From Vicugna vicugna (Eukaryota): a stretch of 64,000 nt of DNA. Where the stretch lies: the NCBI GenBank assembly GCA_013265495.1, contig MU058714.1, positions 372,001 to 436,000 of the forward strand. Reading direction: 5' to 3'. The notes beneath the pieces are model-generated. The model was not told the DNA's origin and searched no databases. It was given only the letters and a program-made list of their open reading frames with translations. Below are positions 37,672 through 50,444 of the stretch, one piece after another (the stretch's first letter is position 1; every line of letters starts with the position of its first letter). A program made the position numbers and the translations under genes.

Positions 37672-38400
37672 CAGGGCCACTTCTCCATCACCCGGGAGGC
37701 TCAGTGCCAGGGCCCACAGTACTTTTAGGGGCCCACAAAAATGTTCTAATTTCTTTCTGTTGTCATTTTTAAATTGTGGTAAAATATACATAACAAAAAA
37801 TTTACTATTTTAACCATTTTAAGTATTCTGTGGCATTAAGTCCATTCACATTGTTATGCAACCATCACCCCCATCCATCTCCAAAATTTCTCATCTTCTC
37901 AAACTGAAACTCTACCCATTAACCAATAACTCCCCACTCTCTCCCACCAGCCCCTGGCAACCACTATTCTACTTTCTGTCTCTATGAATTTGACTACTCT
38001 AAGTTCTTATCTAAGTGGAATCATGTAGTATTTATTCTTTTGTGTCTGGCTTATGTCACTTAACATAATGTCTTCAAGTTTCATACATGTTGTAGCATGT
38101 GTCAGAATTTCCTTCTTTTTAAAGGCTGACTAATATTCCATTGTATGTATATCTAATTTCTTTTAAAATCAGAAGAAAAAGTGGACCTGCCACTTCAGGG
38201 TTCCTAGCCCCACCTTCTAGAAAAGAACAGGCGTAAGGTAGAGGGTCTACCTCTTAAGTTCAAAGAAAATATTTTAATACAGAATATTAATGTCTTCATC
38301 TTTGTATCAATGCAGTGATAAACTATAATTTTAACCCTTTTTTATGGAGGGTGGGGTCCACAAAGACAAGAGTGGCCAGGGCCCTTAGAATGTGGTCCTG
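37672..38400. mobile_element. hAT-type MITE (ORSL-like), interrupted by an L1 3' fragment and a 71-bp insert
   Basis: cagggcc...agggcccacagtacttttaggggcccacaaaaatg, resuming ttttaaaatcagaagaaaaa and ending agggccc...gtcctg. Resembles the recalled ORSL consensus. Confidence 0.6.
37757..38151 (-). mobile_element. 5'-truncated L1MB-type 3' end with 12-bp TSD
   Basis: tttttaaattgtggtaaaatatacataac... L1M 3'UTR signature. tctaatttcttt at 37745-37756 and 38152-38163. Confidence 0.8.
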
Positions 38401-41089
38401 CTTCTGAGAGAACTTTCAAGAATGGCAGGTCTGGGGAGACTTGGTATGTGGGGACCACTAGCTCTCCCTGTGGAGGGGTGCAGGTGCATCAGCTGTTGTC
38501 CTGGGGTGCATGGCACTGGGGGTCCAGAACACTCACCTGCATGTGTGCCTTACTGTCTGTAGGCATCCTTGGGCCCCTTCTCCTGCCTTGAAAATGTAGA
38601 AATGTCTGATGCTACTGAAGTAGAAAGCATACAAAAGTAACAGGGAACACCAGGAAATAAAACACAAGGCCTGCCTTTCTTTCCTCCTTTGATTTAAAGA
38701 GTTCAATTCTGCAGGGCTTAGAACCAGCTCTGCCTCTCTGGATTCCCCCCGGATGTCCATCTGGCCTGTGTCAGCGAGTTGATTGCCCTCGATTTGACAG
38801 TAATGATCATAATGGGGTGATTTTGTATTCTTTGACTCATTCAGATCGGAAGGTTCAGGAACAGACCTGTACCTCCCACCCCCCACCCCCTTGCTTGAAA
38901 CTGATGTTTTCTTTGATTCCAAAGAAACGGCAGAGTCTTAGGGAGAAGATCCGTGTAGAGAAAGGGTCCTTCTCTTTTGGAACCTATTAGGGATTATTGG
39001 TTTCTTTTTCAGCGTGGAGACCAAGAACAAATGCCACGGAAGCCAAGAATATTCCCCAGGACCGGAGAAATATTGCCGCAGAAGCCTCCGTGGGAGAGAA
39101 GTCTTTCTCGGAATTTTGAAAGCCAGCTACAGCTGTTCTGTGCACGGAGCTAGCCGGGGCTCGCTCCCTCCCACACTGCTGCTGTGACTGCTTCACCTCC
39201 TTGTCAGTTACCCACTGCTGGCAGAGATCCGTTCCCATTTACACTGAGCCTGCCTTCCGCCTTCTTTCTCCGAATAGGCCCTGACAGACACACAGACACG
39301 CACAGATGCAATGCTGCCGGTGTTAAAGCCATTGAACCAAGGGTAACTTGGCCCCTGATCACTTCCCACTTGCTTCTCAGCCTGAATCCTGTCTTGGCTT
39401 TTGCTTGTGAAGCAGGAATGACAAAGAAGCCCTGTGCGCCTTGGTGGGACCTGTGTGTGTCCTGGATGACGCTTCCCAGCTCCAGGGCAGCTCTGGTTTT
39501 CAGGAAGGCCAGGCTGGTGTCTGTGCACAGTCTGCAGAGCTGGTGCTCGCTGCCCCTGTTCCACATCGATTATGCTATTTTTCACGGCGCTCATTAGACG
39601 CCGGGTTATTCGCACACCAGCGATTTCCCCCTAAACTCAGACCCTCCAACCTCCCAGAGGAGTGCCCAGACCTGCCACTTCAGGGTTCCTCGGCCCACCT
39701 TCTAGAGAAGAACAAGCTTAAGGTAGAGTGTCTACCTCTGTCACCCCAGCCCCAGGGAGCCAAGAATTGCAATTTCCTGGGATGGGATGGGGTGCATCCA
39801 GAAGGAGGTCCCCATGCAGCATGGAAGTGGGACTGCTGGCTGGATGCAAGGAGGCCCCCCATCATCTGTTCGTGTCATAGCCCAGTGCTCAGCGCAGCCC
39901 CCTGCCCTGGGCCCTGCACCCTGCTGGGAGGGAGGGAGGTGTGCCTTTAAGACCAGAGACAGGCAGTGAGGGAGAAGTGCTCATGGAATTGCGGGCTCCA
40001 GGTTGCCAAGGTGAATCTGTCAATAGAGTATTGAACAGGCTGGTCTAGTGGCCGGAATTGTCTCTGTCAAAACAGTCAGTCTCTGGCCTCCCCTGCATGG
40101 GCCAGAGCACCGCAGACAGGATCCCAGCTGGACAGCAGTCTCCCGGGACAGAAAGCCCTCCCACCCCCAGGACACATTAGCCAGGAAACCTGGGTTTCTT
40201 TCCTCCGACACTCCTACCCGCACGTGTGGAGTGGCACACGGCACGTTCTTCACCCAGAGAGCCACCCCTGGGAGTGACCCCCTTATCAGACCTGCCTGCC
40301 AGCCTGTCAGACGCAGACACAGCTGGTGGACTGCTTGTCCACTTTATGGGGCAAACGAAAATGTGGTGCTCTTTGTTAAAAAGTTGTGAACAAATTCAGG
40401 ATGGAGCATGAAACCAGCGTGGGGCCCTCCTGGCCCTGTCCCCATGCCAGTAGCTCACTGCCCAGTCTCTGCTGGTTCTCCACAGACGCCCATTTCTCTA
40501 GTCTCTAGTTCCCTCTGGGTCTCAGTCGCTGGTCCCCCAAGCCCACCAGACCAGCTCACTCCAACAGTCAGAGCCTGAAAGGTAGCCAGCTGTCCAGGTC
40601 ATCCCCCTATCTCTGTTCGGGGAGGCTCTCAAGGTGGCCCTGTGGCCAGGTGTCCAGCTCCGGCCAAGATGACCAGGCTCTAGTGGCAGAGGGAGTGTTA
40701 GGAGGGGGCTGGGCCAAGGCTGGTGTTTGGGTGTGCCCTGTTAGTCCACAAGCCTGCTAAAACCCTTCCAGCTGGTGTTTACACACTTGGTCACCCTCTT
40801 CTCTAACACCTGATGGAATGTGTCTCCTCCTCCCTGCCTGCCTTGCAAGCTGCCCAGTCAGGAGTGTGGAGATTCAAGTGGTTCCGGCTCAAGGGACCTT
40901 CAGACGTAGCCGGTTAGGGCTGTTGGGATGGGGAGGACCCCGGGCACCTGCTGACAGTCCCTCTGCCGTGAGGAGGGAGGAGCACAGGGCGACCAGGACC
41001 AGACACACCCTGGCCTCTGCTGGCATTCCCACCTGCTACCTGCGTAACTCCAGGTTTCAGATTCTTCATCTGCAAAAAGGAGACCCCGG

Positions 41090-41620
41090 CTCAGCACCCC
41101 TGCAAAGGCTGCCAAGGCCCCGTGTGGCCTGCCTCCATCACCTTCTGCCTTCCTCTCCTCCCATTCTTCTCTCTGCACATTCTGCTCCAGCCACAAGGAC
41201 CCCTCCGCTGATCCTCAAACACTCCAGGCACGCATATGCCTCAGGGCCTTTGTACTCACTGTGGCCACTATCTGGAACATTCTTCCTCAGATGGGTGCAT
41301 GGTTTTCTCCTTTTCCCTCAAGTCTTTGCTTAAATGTCACCTTTTCAACACGCTGATCCTGCTCCTGACCACCCTGTTTCTATGTGCCCCTCCCCCCACC
41401 TGCATTGCCAGTCCCTCCTTTTCCTGTAGCGCCCCGTTCACCCGCCAGCAGGCAATGCCCTCTGTGTATCAGTGATGCCCCTTTCTCTCTCCTGCTGGAA
41501 CAGAAACCCACAAGGGCAGGGTCCTGCTCAGCTGCTCTCTCTGACGCGTCTGCAGCCTCTAGAACATGGCCTGGCACATAGCAGACGCCAGGAAACATCT
41601 AAGTGACTTAAATAAATAGG
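41090..41620 (+). mobile_element. L2 3' fragment
   Basis: ctccagccaca...gcctcagggcctttg...ctagaacatggcctggcacatagcag...aaataaat. Confidence 0.7.
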
Positions 41621-41648
41621 ATTTTTTCCAGAAATAAAATGCTGCTGA

Positions 41649-42545
41649 CAGTGGCGTGCTGGAGCTGGCTCATATTGCTCTTGAGAGCCAAGGGTTTAAT
41701 TTTCAGAAATTTTGTAAACCAGTTGTTAAACACAGACATTACTAAAAATTAAATTATTTAAATGTATAATGAAATAAATTATGCTAAGAACAAAGCCAAT
41801 AAATGCGTAAAACTGATTTCTTTCTAATGATTTCACTCCACTGGCCACTTACCTTGTTCTTGGGGTGATTCACATCTATTTGTCTCTGATAGTGGAAATG
41901 CTGGATAATCGTGGCTGCCGTCACATCTTGTCCCAATTCCCTGTTTGGTGATTTCCTGTCGACAGCTTGAAGTCAGCCATGGTGGGAGTATTTACACCTG
42001 AGAAACGGGCAAACACTGCGAATCACGGCTTGCTTCACTGTTTTGCTGATGGTCTAGACTTAAGAAAATGATGGGAAAAATGTTAATTATGTAGATTAGA
42101 TTTATAGCTGTGTCATGTCTGTAGCCATCGCATTATGAATGGCAAAAAAAATTGAGGAAATATTCTTCCAGTATTAAAAAAAAAACCTCTTATCTGATTC
42201 AGCGATGAAGTTGCTCACATCGCTATAAACCAGTGACGTCTGATTTTCTTCTTTGTTGTTTCACTTTCCTTTTACTGGTTGGCTTAACTGTTAACTAATT
42301 TTCATGTCAGAACTCCATTCATTCATCAACTGCAAGCACAGGTTGGCTGCCTGTTTGGCCAAAAATGATGAAAGCGTTCTGTGGATCTACTGGTTATGCA
42401 GAGTTTACAGTAAAGAATACTGTGTATTGCATTATAATTTGTAAACTGTATGAGACACATCCTTTATGTCAGTAAAATTATGTCTATGTTCCACCCCCCG
42501 CTCTGGAACTGGGTGCCAATACTGAACATTTATCAGGACCTCATA
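41649..42545 (+). mobile_element. MER63-family hAT DNA transposon remnant (long variant)
   Basis: Starts cagtggcgtgctggagctggctc, AT-rich body, ends aacatttatcag. Confidence 0.65.
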
Positions 42546-43179
42546 CAGGGACCAGTCCAGAGGAGGCATTTAGCTTATTGTAAATAAACATACATTTATT
42601 TAATACATATATTTAATAAAATGGGCTAAGGGAAATAGTTCAGCTCCATAGGTCACCTTAAAGAAGGCCAGGAGATGGGAGGAAAGACCCCGGCCTGGGA
42701 CAGGGGCTGGTAGGAGCGGGGACCCTGGGACATCACGAGAGGACCCAGATGGGTGCGGGACCCAGGGAGACCTGGCACATTGAGAGGACTGTAATGAGGG
42801 AAGGCCCTGGGAATGGGGAGCCAAGGCCTTTCGGGACAGCACCCTGGGAGCTTCTCCTCCCAGGACGTCCCCTCCCCCTCATGTAGGCTGCACAAACCCC
42901 CAGGATGTCAGACCCCTAAGCCATTGTCCTAAAGGCAGATGGCCACAGACCGCTGGACAAATGTTTTCCTCAGGGCTGCTCTATCCTGCTCTCTCTGTCC
43001 TTCCAACTTGTTAGTGGACCTTGTGTCCTAGAACTGATCATGTCCACATTCCCAGCCTCAGTATCTGCCAAACCCAAGTAGGGGCTGTTCCAACCCCAGC
43101 CTTGACCCTCCTCTTGCTGGTGGGAAAGAATTATCCTTTTGTTTTGTTTTGTTTGGTAACTGTGTTTGCAGAAAGTGTG

Positions 43180-43530
43180 CTTCAGACTGGGGGGTCGGGG
43201 AAGGCCTCATTGAGCAAGTTGCTTGTCAATGATGACCTGTATGTTGAGAAGGAAACAGCATGTAAAGATGGGTAGGGAGGTTCACGTTGTTCCAGGAGAG
43301 GGGGAAGCAGGTGCCAAGGCCCTGAGGCAGCCACAGTCTGGGTTTGTTTGAGGACCAGAGGGAAGGCAGGAGACGGAGACAGTGTGAACTGGGGGATCAG
43401 CATGGGAGAGCAAATTGGAGAATGATGGAGGCTGTTTGCCCTAGTGGCTGTGAGGAAGAGTTTGGACTTGATTCTGATTGTATGGAAGTCCTTTGGAGGT
43501 TTTAAGTGGGGAGACTGTGACATGCTGAAC
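43180..43530 (-). mobile_element. L2 fragment
   Basis: ggaaggcctc...aggtgccaaggccctgaggcag...gtttggacttgattctga. Confidence 0.6.
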
Positions 43531-43652
43531 AGATAACCAGGTCAGGCCTAGACCCTGGGGACGCAGAGCAAGTTCCCAGGCCTTGAGGAGAGCTGCAGGA
43601 TTAGGCTTTGCCCGTTCTCCACCTGGTCATCTTTTAAGAAGCATCCAGTCGT

Positions 43653-43765
43653 GGGGGAGGGTATAGCTCAGTGGTAGAGCATGTGCTTAGCACGCATGAG
43701 GTCCTGGGTTCAATCCCCAGTACCTCCATTAAAAATACATAAACCTCATTCCTATCCCCACCCCA
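43653..43765 (+). mobile_element. tRNA-Ala-derived SINE (camelid Vic-1-like) with target-site duplication
   Basis: GGGGAGGGTATAGCTCAGTGGTAGAGC...GGTTCAATCCCCAGTACCTCC plus A-rich tail. aagaagcat repeated at 43636-43644 and 43766-43774, the first preceded by tttt (L1 endonuclease site). Confidence 0.85.
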
Positions 43766-45341
43766 AAGAAGCATTTCAGAAGTACCCTCTCTCCCCAGTA
43801 AGCAGCACCCAGGGCAGCCCCGCCCCGACAAGTTCAACACTTCCAGCCGGAACGCGAGCTCCAAGGGCCTTTCCTTCATTCCCTGACCATAAGCAGGCCC
43901 TGGGTCCTCACACCTTGCGCCCAGCCCTCAGGAGGGGGCTGAGGGCTGGCAGATGGCACCTCTGGTGACTTGGGCCCACCGAGCGGTGGGCTGGGGCCTG
44001 GTGAACACACGCTTTCCTTATCCACGTGATGTCACTACCCTCGGTTCTGCTGGGGAAACTAAGGCAGAGTGAAATGATTGACAGAAGGCACAGGAGGTGA
44101 ATGTGCTCTGCATGTGGGATGGATGTAAATTTGGGGGGATAAAAGGTAACATAGTAGCCCCCCCATATGTCGGCCTCAGCCCCCATAGTGCCCCTCCAGA
44201 CACATGAGCCCAGGGGAAGGTCTGGAAAGAGACACCTCTTGGGGTTGTTCTCGGTCCTTCCCTTCCCATGGCTCCTGCCCTGGGCCCGCCCTCACCTCCA
44301 AATGCCGGGATTAGAGCACGCACCGTAGCTCTGGTCTCTGTTCCTGTCTTCCTCCCAAACGTGCCCACATACCCACTTCATTACTCATTCTCTCCTGATC
44401 CACCCCATTCCTCTCGTCAGAGTACCGAGGGCCTTCTCAGGGCACCGGCCGGCTGCCCAGCCCCTCCTCCTCAGCCCTACCCGTCGCGATGCCCCCCTCA
44501 GGGGACCCCCCGTCCCAGCAGGCAGCCTTCCCTCACCCCCGAGCTTAGGCCATGCCCCTTCCCTTTTGGGGGAGAGGAGAGAGGGGAAACACTGACAGGG
44601 CACTCCCTGCGTCCCGGGCTCCCTTCACTCACAGGCTGGCCCCTCCGAAGAGCCCTGATGTTTAATCTTACCCTCATTTCACAGACGAGAAAACTGAGGC
44701 TCAGATGCCAACTGAATGGCTTCACACAACTGCTATGCTCCAGGGTTGGGATGTCAAACACCCGTCAAAGCTCTTGCACCTACCGGGTGCCAGGCCGTCA
44801 GATGGGGTGCTGCCACCACGGAGGCCTGCCCTGCCAACGGCCCGCAGAACGGGGCCATGCAGACCGGGGCTCCTCCCTGGGCCCTCACATCTGTGGCTCT
44901 GTGTTGACACTTCGGCACACGGCGCGGGGGCGATGTAACGCTTTCACGTCTGTGCACATGCAGGCCTTATCTCCCCGGCTCGGCTGTGAGTTTGGGGCTG
45001 GTGGGACTTGCCTAGTTTCCTCAGCATCTCCAGTGTCCCCTGCAAGTTTCAGGCCCGTCTGGGGAGATTCATTCTGAAGGAATGCGTACAATGTGAAGTA
45101 AACAGTGACACTGACCTCTGGGGCTGAATTTCAGGCCCAAATGCCTTCACAGGGCGTTGTGGCGCTTGGTGCGGAGAACCTTACGAAACCCCTCATTCCT
45201 CGTCCCCGGGCAGAGCGGAGCCAGAGGGGCCCGGTGAGCCCACGCCCGCGGTGCCCAGCAGGCGGCGGGCTGGCGCCCGGAGGCTGGCTGCTCTCGGGGA
45301 GTCCGGACGGCTTCCGGGCTTTTCTATTTATCGCGAGGGTC

Positions 45342-45660
45342 TAGGCCGTTCAGCAGAAGTGTCGTGGGAGCCACATCTGTAGTTTCACGTTCCCTGGTGG
45401 CCACGTGAAAAAAGTAAAAGGAGACTTAGTGAAATTAATTTCAATGATATATTTTATTATCCTTTTATACCCAAAATATTATTTCATCATGAGGTCAGTA
45501 CAAAAGTTATTAAGGAGATACTTGACCTCACTTCTGCGGTTGTTCTCAGTCCTGGAAATCAGGCCTGGATTTTGCGCTTTGGGTGCCTTTCCACGGGCGC
45601 TTGCTGCATTCTGAGCACTTGAAGGCCCCGTGTGGCTTGTGGCCCCGTACTGGACGGTGG
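45342..45660. mobile_element. MER33/MER3-like hAT-Charlie MITE
   Basis: gagccacatctgtagtttcacgttccctggtggccacg...aaattaatttcaatgatatatt...gtgtggcttgtggcc. Confidence 0.6.
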
Positions 45661-46774
45661 GCCTGGGGCCGGATGTGGTAACTCCTAAACTCCAGCTGAG
45701 CAAACCCCTCTGGTACCGACCTGTTAGAGCTTTATGATACATCCGTCCCTGGCTTACGTTCCTCGAAGCCCTGGGGGCCTGAGGCAGCACCAGCGGCTGG
45801 GCCCAGTGTCAGTGGTCCTGAGGTCATTTGTGCGCCTCGTGTGGTCAGGCCTGGAACCAGGCTTGGCAAGAGGGCTTCCTCTGGGCCAGAGCAAGTGCCG
45901 ACCAAGAGCACACCTCCCCCTGGAGGGCCACCCAGGCTGACTTAGAAAATGAGGTCAGAGTCAGGGTGGGTGGTGGCCTTCGAAGACACCTGTGGGGCTG
46001 GAAGTGCACATCCACGATGTGTCCCCTGCACACCCAGCCCACTCTGAAGGTCCCTCCGGGGACACGGCAGTGTTCCAGTGGCTTAGGAGGCTGGCTGCCG
46101 GTGGGGGGTGCCTGGGGCGTGGGTTCCTCTGGGGAGGGGTTTCTTCTTCCCGGATGCTGGTCTGGGCTTCTGTTACAGGCAGGAAGCCGCCGATGTCAGT
46201 GGGACAGGGTGCACTCCCAGGTGTCTGTAGGATGCTGCCTGGAGCGGACCCGGGAGGGGCCGTGAGCATCTGCTTATCATTTACGTGGATGCTGTCTGCT
46301 GGCAGCTGAAGGTAATTACGGGGCTGCGTCCTTGAGGATGGGTCTGCGCATGTGTCTGCTGCGGGGCTGGTGGCCGTCAGCTGCTCAGTGAGCTATGAAC
46401 CGCTGGGACTCCAGGCAGGGCCTCCCTTCGCTGCACCCGGACACCCGAGAGGAAAACACCAACTCTGTCTGAGATGGAAACATCGCTCCCCCGCAGGGCC
46501 GGCGGGGCGGGGCCACCGGCACGCAGTCCTGGTGGTGGGCACCTTCTGCCTTCAGCCACGGCCTCTGCCCCCAGGATGTCCTTCCCCACCAGCCCCCAGC
46601 TGTCCTTGTCCCTCTGCCCTCTCCCACAGTTTCTGTCCTCAGTTCTCTCTCTGCCCTACACTCACAAGCCCCAGCCTCCTCAAATTCTCCCCACCCTCTC
46701 CCTTCTCTGGGCCTCTCCTGGCCGTGTCCGTGAGCCTCGTTCTGGGCCTCCCATTTTGTTGCTGGGGCAGCCGC

Positions 46775-47232
46775 AGTACTGATTGAATAGTGTTCTCCCC
46801 ACCTCCACCCCACCCCCACAACTTTGTGCCCATCTGGAACCTCAGAATGGGAATTTGTTTGGAAATAAAGTCTTTGCAAATGTAGTCAACTTAAGACAAG
46901 GTCGCTAGGATGGTCCTAACTTACTATGACTGGTTTCCTGATAAGAAGAGGGAAATTTAGAAACAGATGCACACATAACTGGGGAGGAAGCCGCCTGAAG
47001 ACACAGACAGACACTGGAGCGATGCAGTTACGAGCCAAGGACTCCAAGGTTTGCCGGCAGCCACCAGGAGCTGGAAGAGGAAGGGAAGGGTCCTCCCTAG
47101 ACCTTCAGCGGGAGCCCAGCCCTGCTGACACCTTGATTGTGGACTTTTGGCCCCCAGAACCGTGACAAGCAATTTCCGTTGTTTAAGTCTTCCAGTGAGT
47201 GGTCCTTCATTACGGCAGCCCCGGGACTCCCT
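46775..47232 (+). mobile_element. MLT1 (ERVL-MaLR) solo LTR
   Basis: ggaacctcagaatg...tttggaaataaagtctttgca...gccctgctgacaccttgatt...ccagaaccgtga...gttgtttaag. Confidence 0.8.
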
Positions 47233-48345
47233 CCGGCCCTTCGCTGGGCTAGGCCCCAGAGCAATAGGGGAACCCCAGCCAGCCCCACTCTGGGGCTCCT
47301 CCAAGCCACAGCAGGCTGTGCTTGACCCCCAGCGCTGTCTGCAGAAGCCTCCAGCTCACACACATTTTCAGGGATAATGGTCTTCAGAATTCCAAAGGAT
47401 TTCTTTGAGCTCACCAGACGCTGACCACAGCCAAGCCGCAACCCCACACTTGACAAGTGATGCAATCAAACGCCTGACTCTCGACAGTGTTTTCGGGAGA
47501 TTAATTGGGAGCAGAGGGTGGGGTGGACAAGAACAGGCAGACAAGAGCAGGTTATTGCAACAGTACAGACTAAAGCCATCCTGTCTGAGCAGGGTGGTGT
47601 TGTGGGTAACAGGCCCTGGGAACCATGCTGGCAGAGTGGGGCGGCAGGGAGGTCACCGGGAGGGCACTTGCTCTTGGCGGGTGGCGTTGCAGTGACCGGT
47701 TAGCCGGCAGCAGTCAGCAGGGAAGGCTGTGTGGCAGAATGGTCACGAATCACCTGGGTTGGAGTCTCGGCTCTGCCCTGACCACGGGTGGGGGTCCCCA
47801 GGCTCTTGTCTGTAAAATGAATGGGATGGGGTCCACCTTCCAAGGGCCCTGAGAGACTGAGAAACGGGAGACGGTAAGCCCGCGGGCCCCTGGGAACTCT
47901 TTGTTACTCTGTGCTATTGTCTGAATTCCTGAGCAGGCTGAAGCTCTAGACTGGGTCACTCTGCCAAAAGCAAGGAAAGAGGAGATGCCAACAGCTGCTC
48001 GTGGCTGGGGCCACCAGGCCTCGGGATCTCATTCCTCCTTGCTCCTCTGAGGACTTTGCCCTTTGCCTACACTCTCATCTGCATCAGCCGTACCTCCCAA
48101 CAGAAGGACTCTCTGTGCACAAGCTAACCTTCTCTGGGGGTCTCCTCCTGTCACCCCATGACCCTCTCTGGCCATCTGCCCTGATTCCTCTGCTTCCTCC
48201 AATTTCTGATTCAGCTCATCTCGGGGTGGGGTCTGGACTTTGGGATTTGATAAGGACTCCTCAGGGGACCCTCACATGGAGTCAAGGTGCAGACCCACCA
48301 AGCTCACAGCCTTCTAGAGATTTCACCCATCCTCATTGCCTGAAT

Positions 48346-48560
48346 CAATGATGTGCCCGTAAACGTTTAATAATCATCTCTGAGGGAGGAGGACAAAAAT
48401 CCCAATTTATCACGTTTGCCAGTTCCCAGGGTGTGAATATTCCCACATGGCCAGTTCCAAACTACCAACATGAAGTTAACCAGCTGGCAAATTCCTGGAA
48501 ATTTAACCTGTGGGATGGTATCTCCCCATGGCCTGACTTTACTGGGAGCTGACTCATCCT
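48346..48560 (-). mobile_element. MER63A-like remnant
   Basis: gtaaacgtttaataa...caaattcctggaaatttaac resembles reverse-complement MER63A. Confidence 0.5.
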
Positions 48561-48779
48561 GCCCTCTGGATCCTGGGTCTGCAATGAGTGGGAACCAGAT
48601 AAGATCACACAGCGAAGGGATTACAGGGGCAGTGCCAGGCCCAGGTGCTCTGAGCAGCAGCCCAGGGCCACCCCCACCTCCTGAAGGACGTTTTCTGGAC
48701 TGGTAGATGGTCGACTCTGTCTCTCAGTCCTGCGCTCACCTATGCCTCCTTTCCCGAACCTCTGTGCAGGATGTGCCAG

Positions 48780-49256
48780 CTGGCTGTCTCAGAGAGGAGG
48801 CTAAATGTGGCATTCCCAAGGTTTCTCTGCCACTCAGGTTTGGCCAGTCAGATGCATTCTTGGGAATTCGGAAGCGGGAAGCAATGGAGAAGCCACACTT
48901 GAGCTCGTTTCTCTTGGCGGTGGGCGTGCTGGGGGGTCAGAGGCCCTGGGGGTATTGAGAGGCAGGTGAGGGCTGTCTAGCTTCTGTCCAGGGTGGGGCT
49001 ACCAGGTGTGGCTCTCTGGTGATGCAGGTGCTCGGAAGCCGGTGGTCCCAGAGCTGTCCTCTTGGTCCCCCACCTTCTTGATGGAGAGTGAGAGGTGATC
49101 AGTTTGGTGGTGTCCTGGGACCCATTTTGGAAGCCCCAGTTTATAGATAGCCTGCTTCTCCAGTCCTCCAATGATTGTAGAAGCATCTGCTTTCATTTTT
49201 TGTTGAAAGTAGCCAGAGTGGCTTCTGTTCTCTCCATCTGAACCCTGGCCGACACA
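48780..49256 (+). mobile_element. Old ERVL-type LTR remnant (LTR16/LTR33-like)
   Basis: 3' end agccagagtggcttctgttctc...tgaaccctggccgacaca. Confidence 0.45.
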
Positions 49257-50444
49257 CCTCCTCACCTCGGTCACCTCAAACCATGTCCTGTGACTTTCAT
49301 TCAAGTCTGGGACTCCCACCCAGCTCCACAGGGTATGTCCATGTGTTTTCATCACAGTGGGATTTGGTGATGCATCTAAAAAATGCAGGCTCTGAGGTGT
49401 GGACTAGAAATCTGTTCAATTTGTCCACATATCGGGTAAACACTTCCGGAAAAGCACAATGAGTCGGTACCTCAGAGAACTCGGAGCTGAGGCGGGTAAC
49501 CGTGGTGCTGAGTGACCGCGGAAGCCCAGAAGGACTCGTGAAGTTGTACCCCCCGTTCCCCGACTTCTCTCCTAGGAGAGCAACCATGTTCCCACTCTGA
49601 GCCCAAACTTCACACACCGTCTTAGCCACGGAGTTCACCAAGGGCTGGAGGGAAAACACAGAAGTGAGCGTTGGGGGCAGGCACGTGGGCAGCAGTGAGT
49701 AATGACAGTTAACAGTAAGAGAGGAAACTGAAAACTATGAAAACAAAACAAAGTGCAAGGCTCAAAAAGCACAGGCAGGCGTGGGAACGAGGGTCTGGGT
49801 CTGGGAGCGCAGGGTGAGCCCCTCGTCTTCCAGGGGCCTTAGGTCTTCCGCACCTGGTTCTGGTCCTGACCTCCTCTTGGTGCTCAGGACCAGACCCATC
49901 AAGGGCAGGATGAAGCACTCTGGTGTCCATGTGTCTATGGTTGGGGCAGCATCGTGCATCTTATAGGGGTGTTTAGGATGTGCCAGGGTGAGAGGACGCT
50001 GTGAGAATTTCTTTCTTTTATTTGCTCACCCCTTAACAATGCAATAGCAATTTTAAGGTTCTCCAAATAAGGGATGGACTTAAAGTAATACATGTTTCCT
50101 GAAAAGTGCTGGAAAAATTTTAAAAAGTGAAAGCAAGAAATCAAAATTGCCTAGAAACCTGCGATCAAGAGGTGGCCACCGTTAACCTACCAGAACTTCC
50201 CTCCCAGCCTTTCTTGTGTGTCTGTCCGTCTCCTCTGTCTCCGTCTCAAGCTCGGTTGGTGTCTGTCTCTGGGTTCCTCTCTCTCTACAGGAATAAACAT
50301 TAAAATTTAAAAACATGTAATGATGACAGTGTATTTATAGATCTGTATTCAGCTTTTCGCTTAACTTTCTTATCTTGCCTCCTCCCATCCAGGGATTTAA
50401 AAAACTAAAACCAAACCCCTTGTTACTAGAGATCCCTCAGTTAA

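Noticed and set aside
38533..38922. 129-aa ORF, or an upstream CBX4 exon ending at a CAG|GTGAGT donor near 38537
   Set aside because: No recognisable protein, acceptor or promoter support. Consensus donors occur by chance.
43653..43727. tRNA-Ala gene (also 55269-55344)
   Set aside because: The A-rich tail, TSD and extended 5' G run identify a tRNA-derived SINE.
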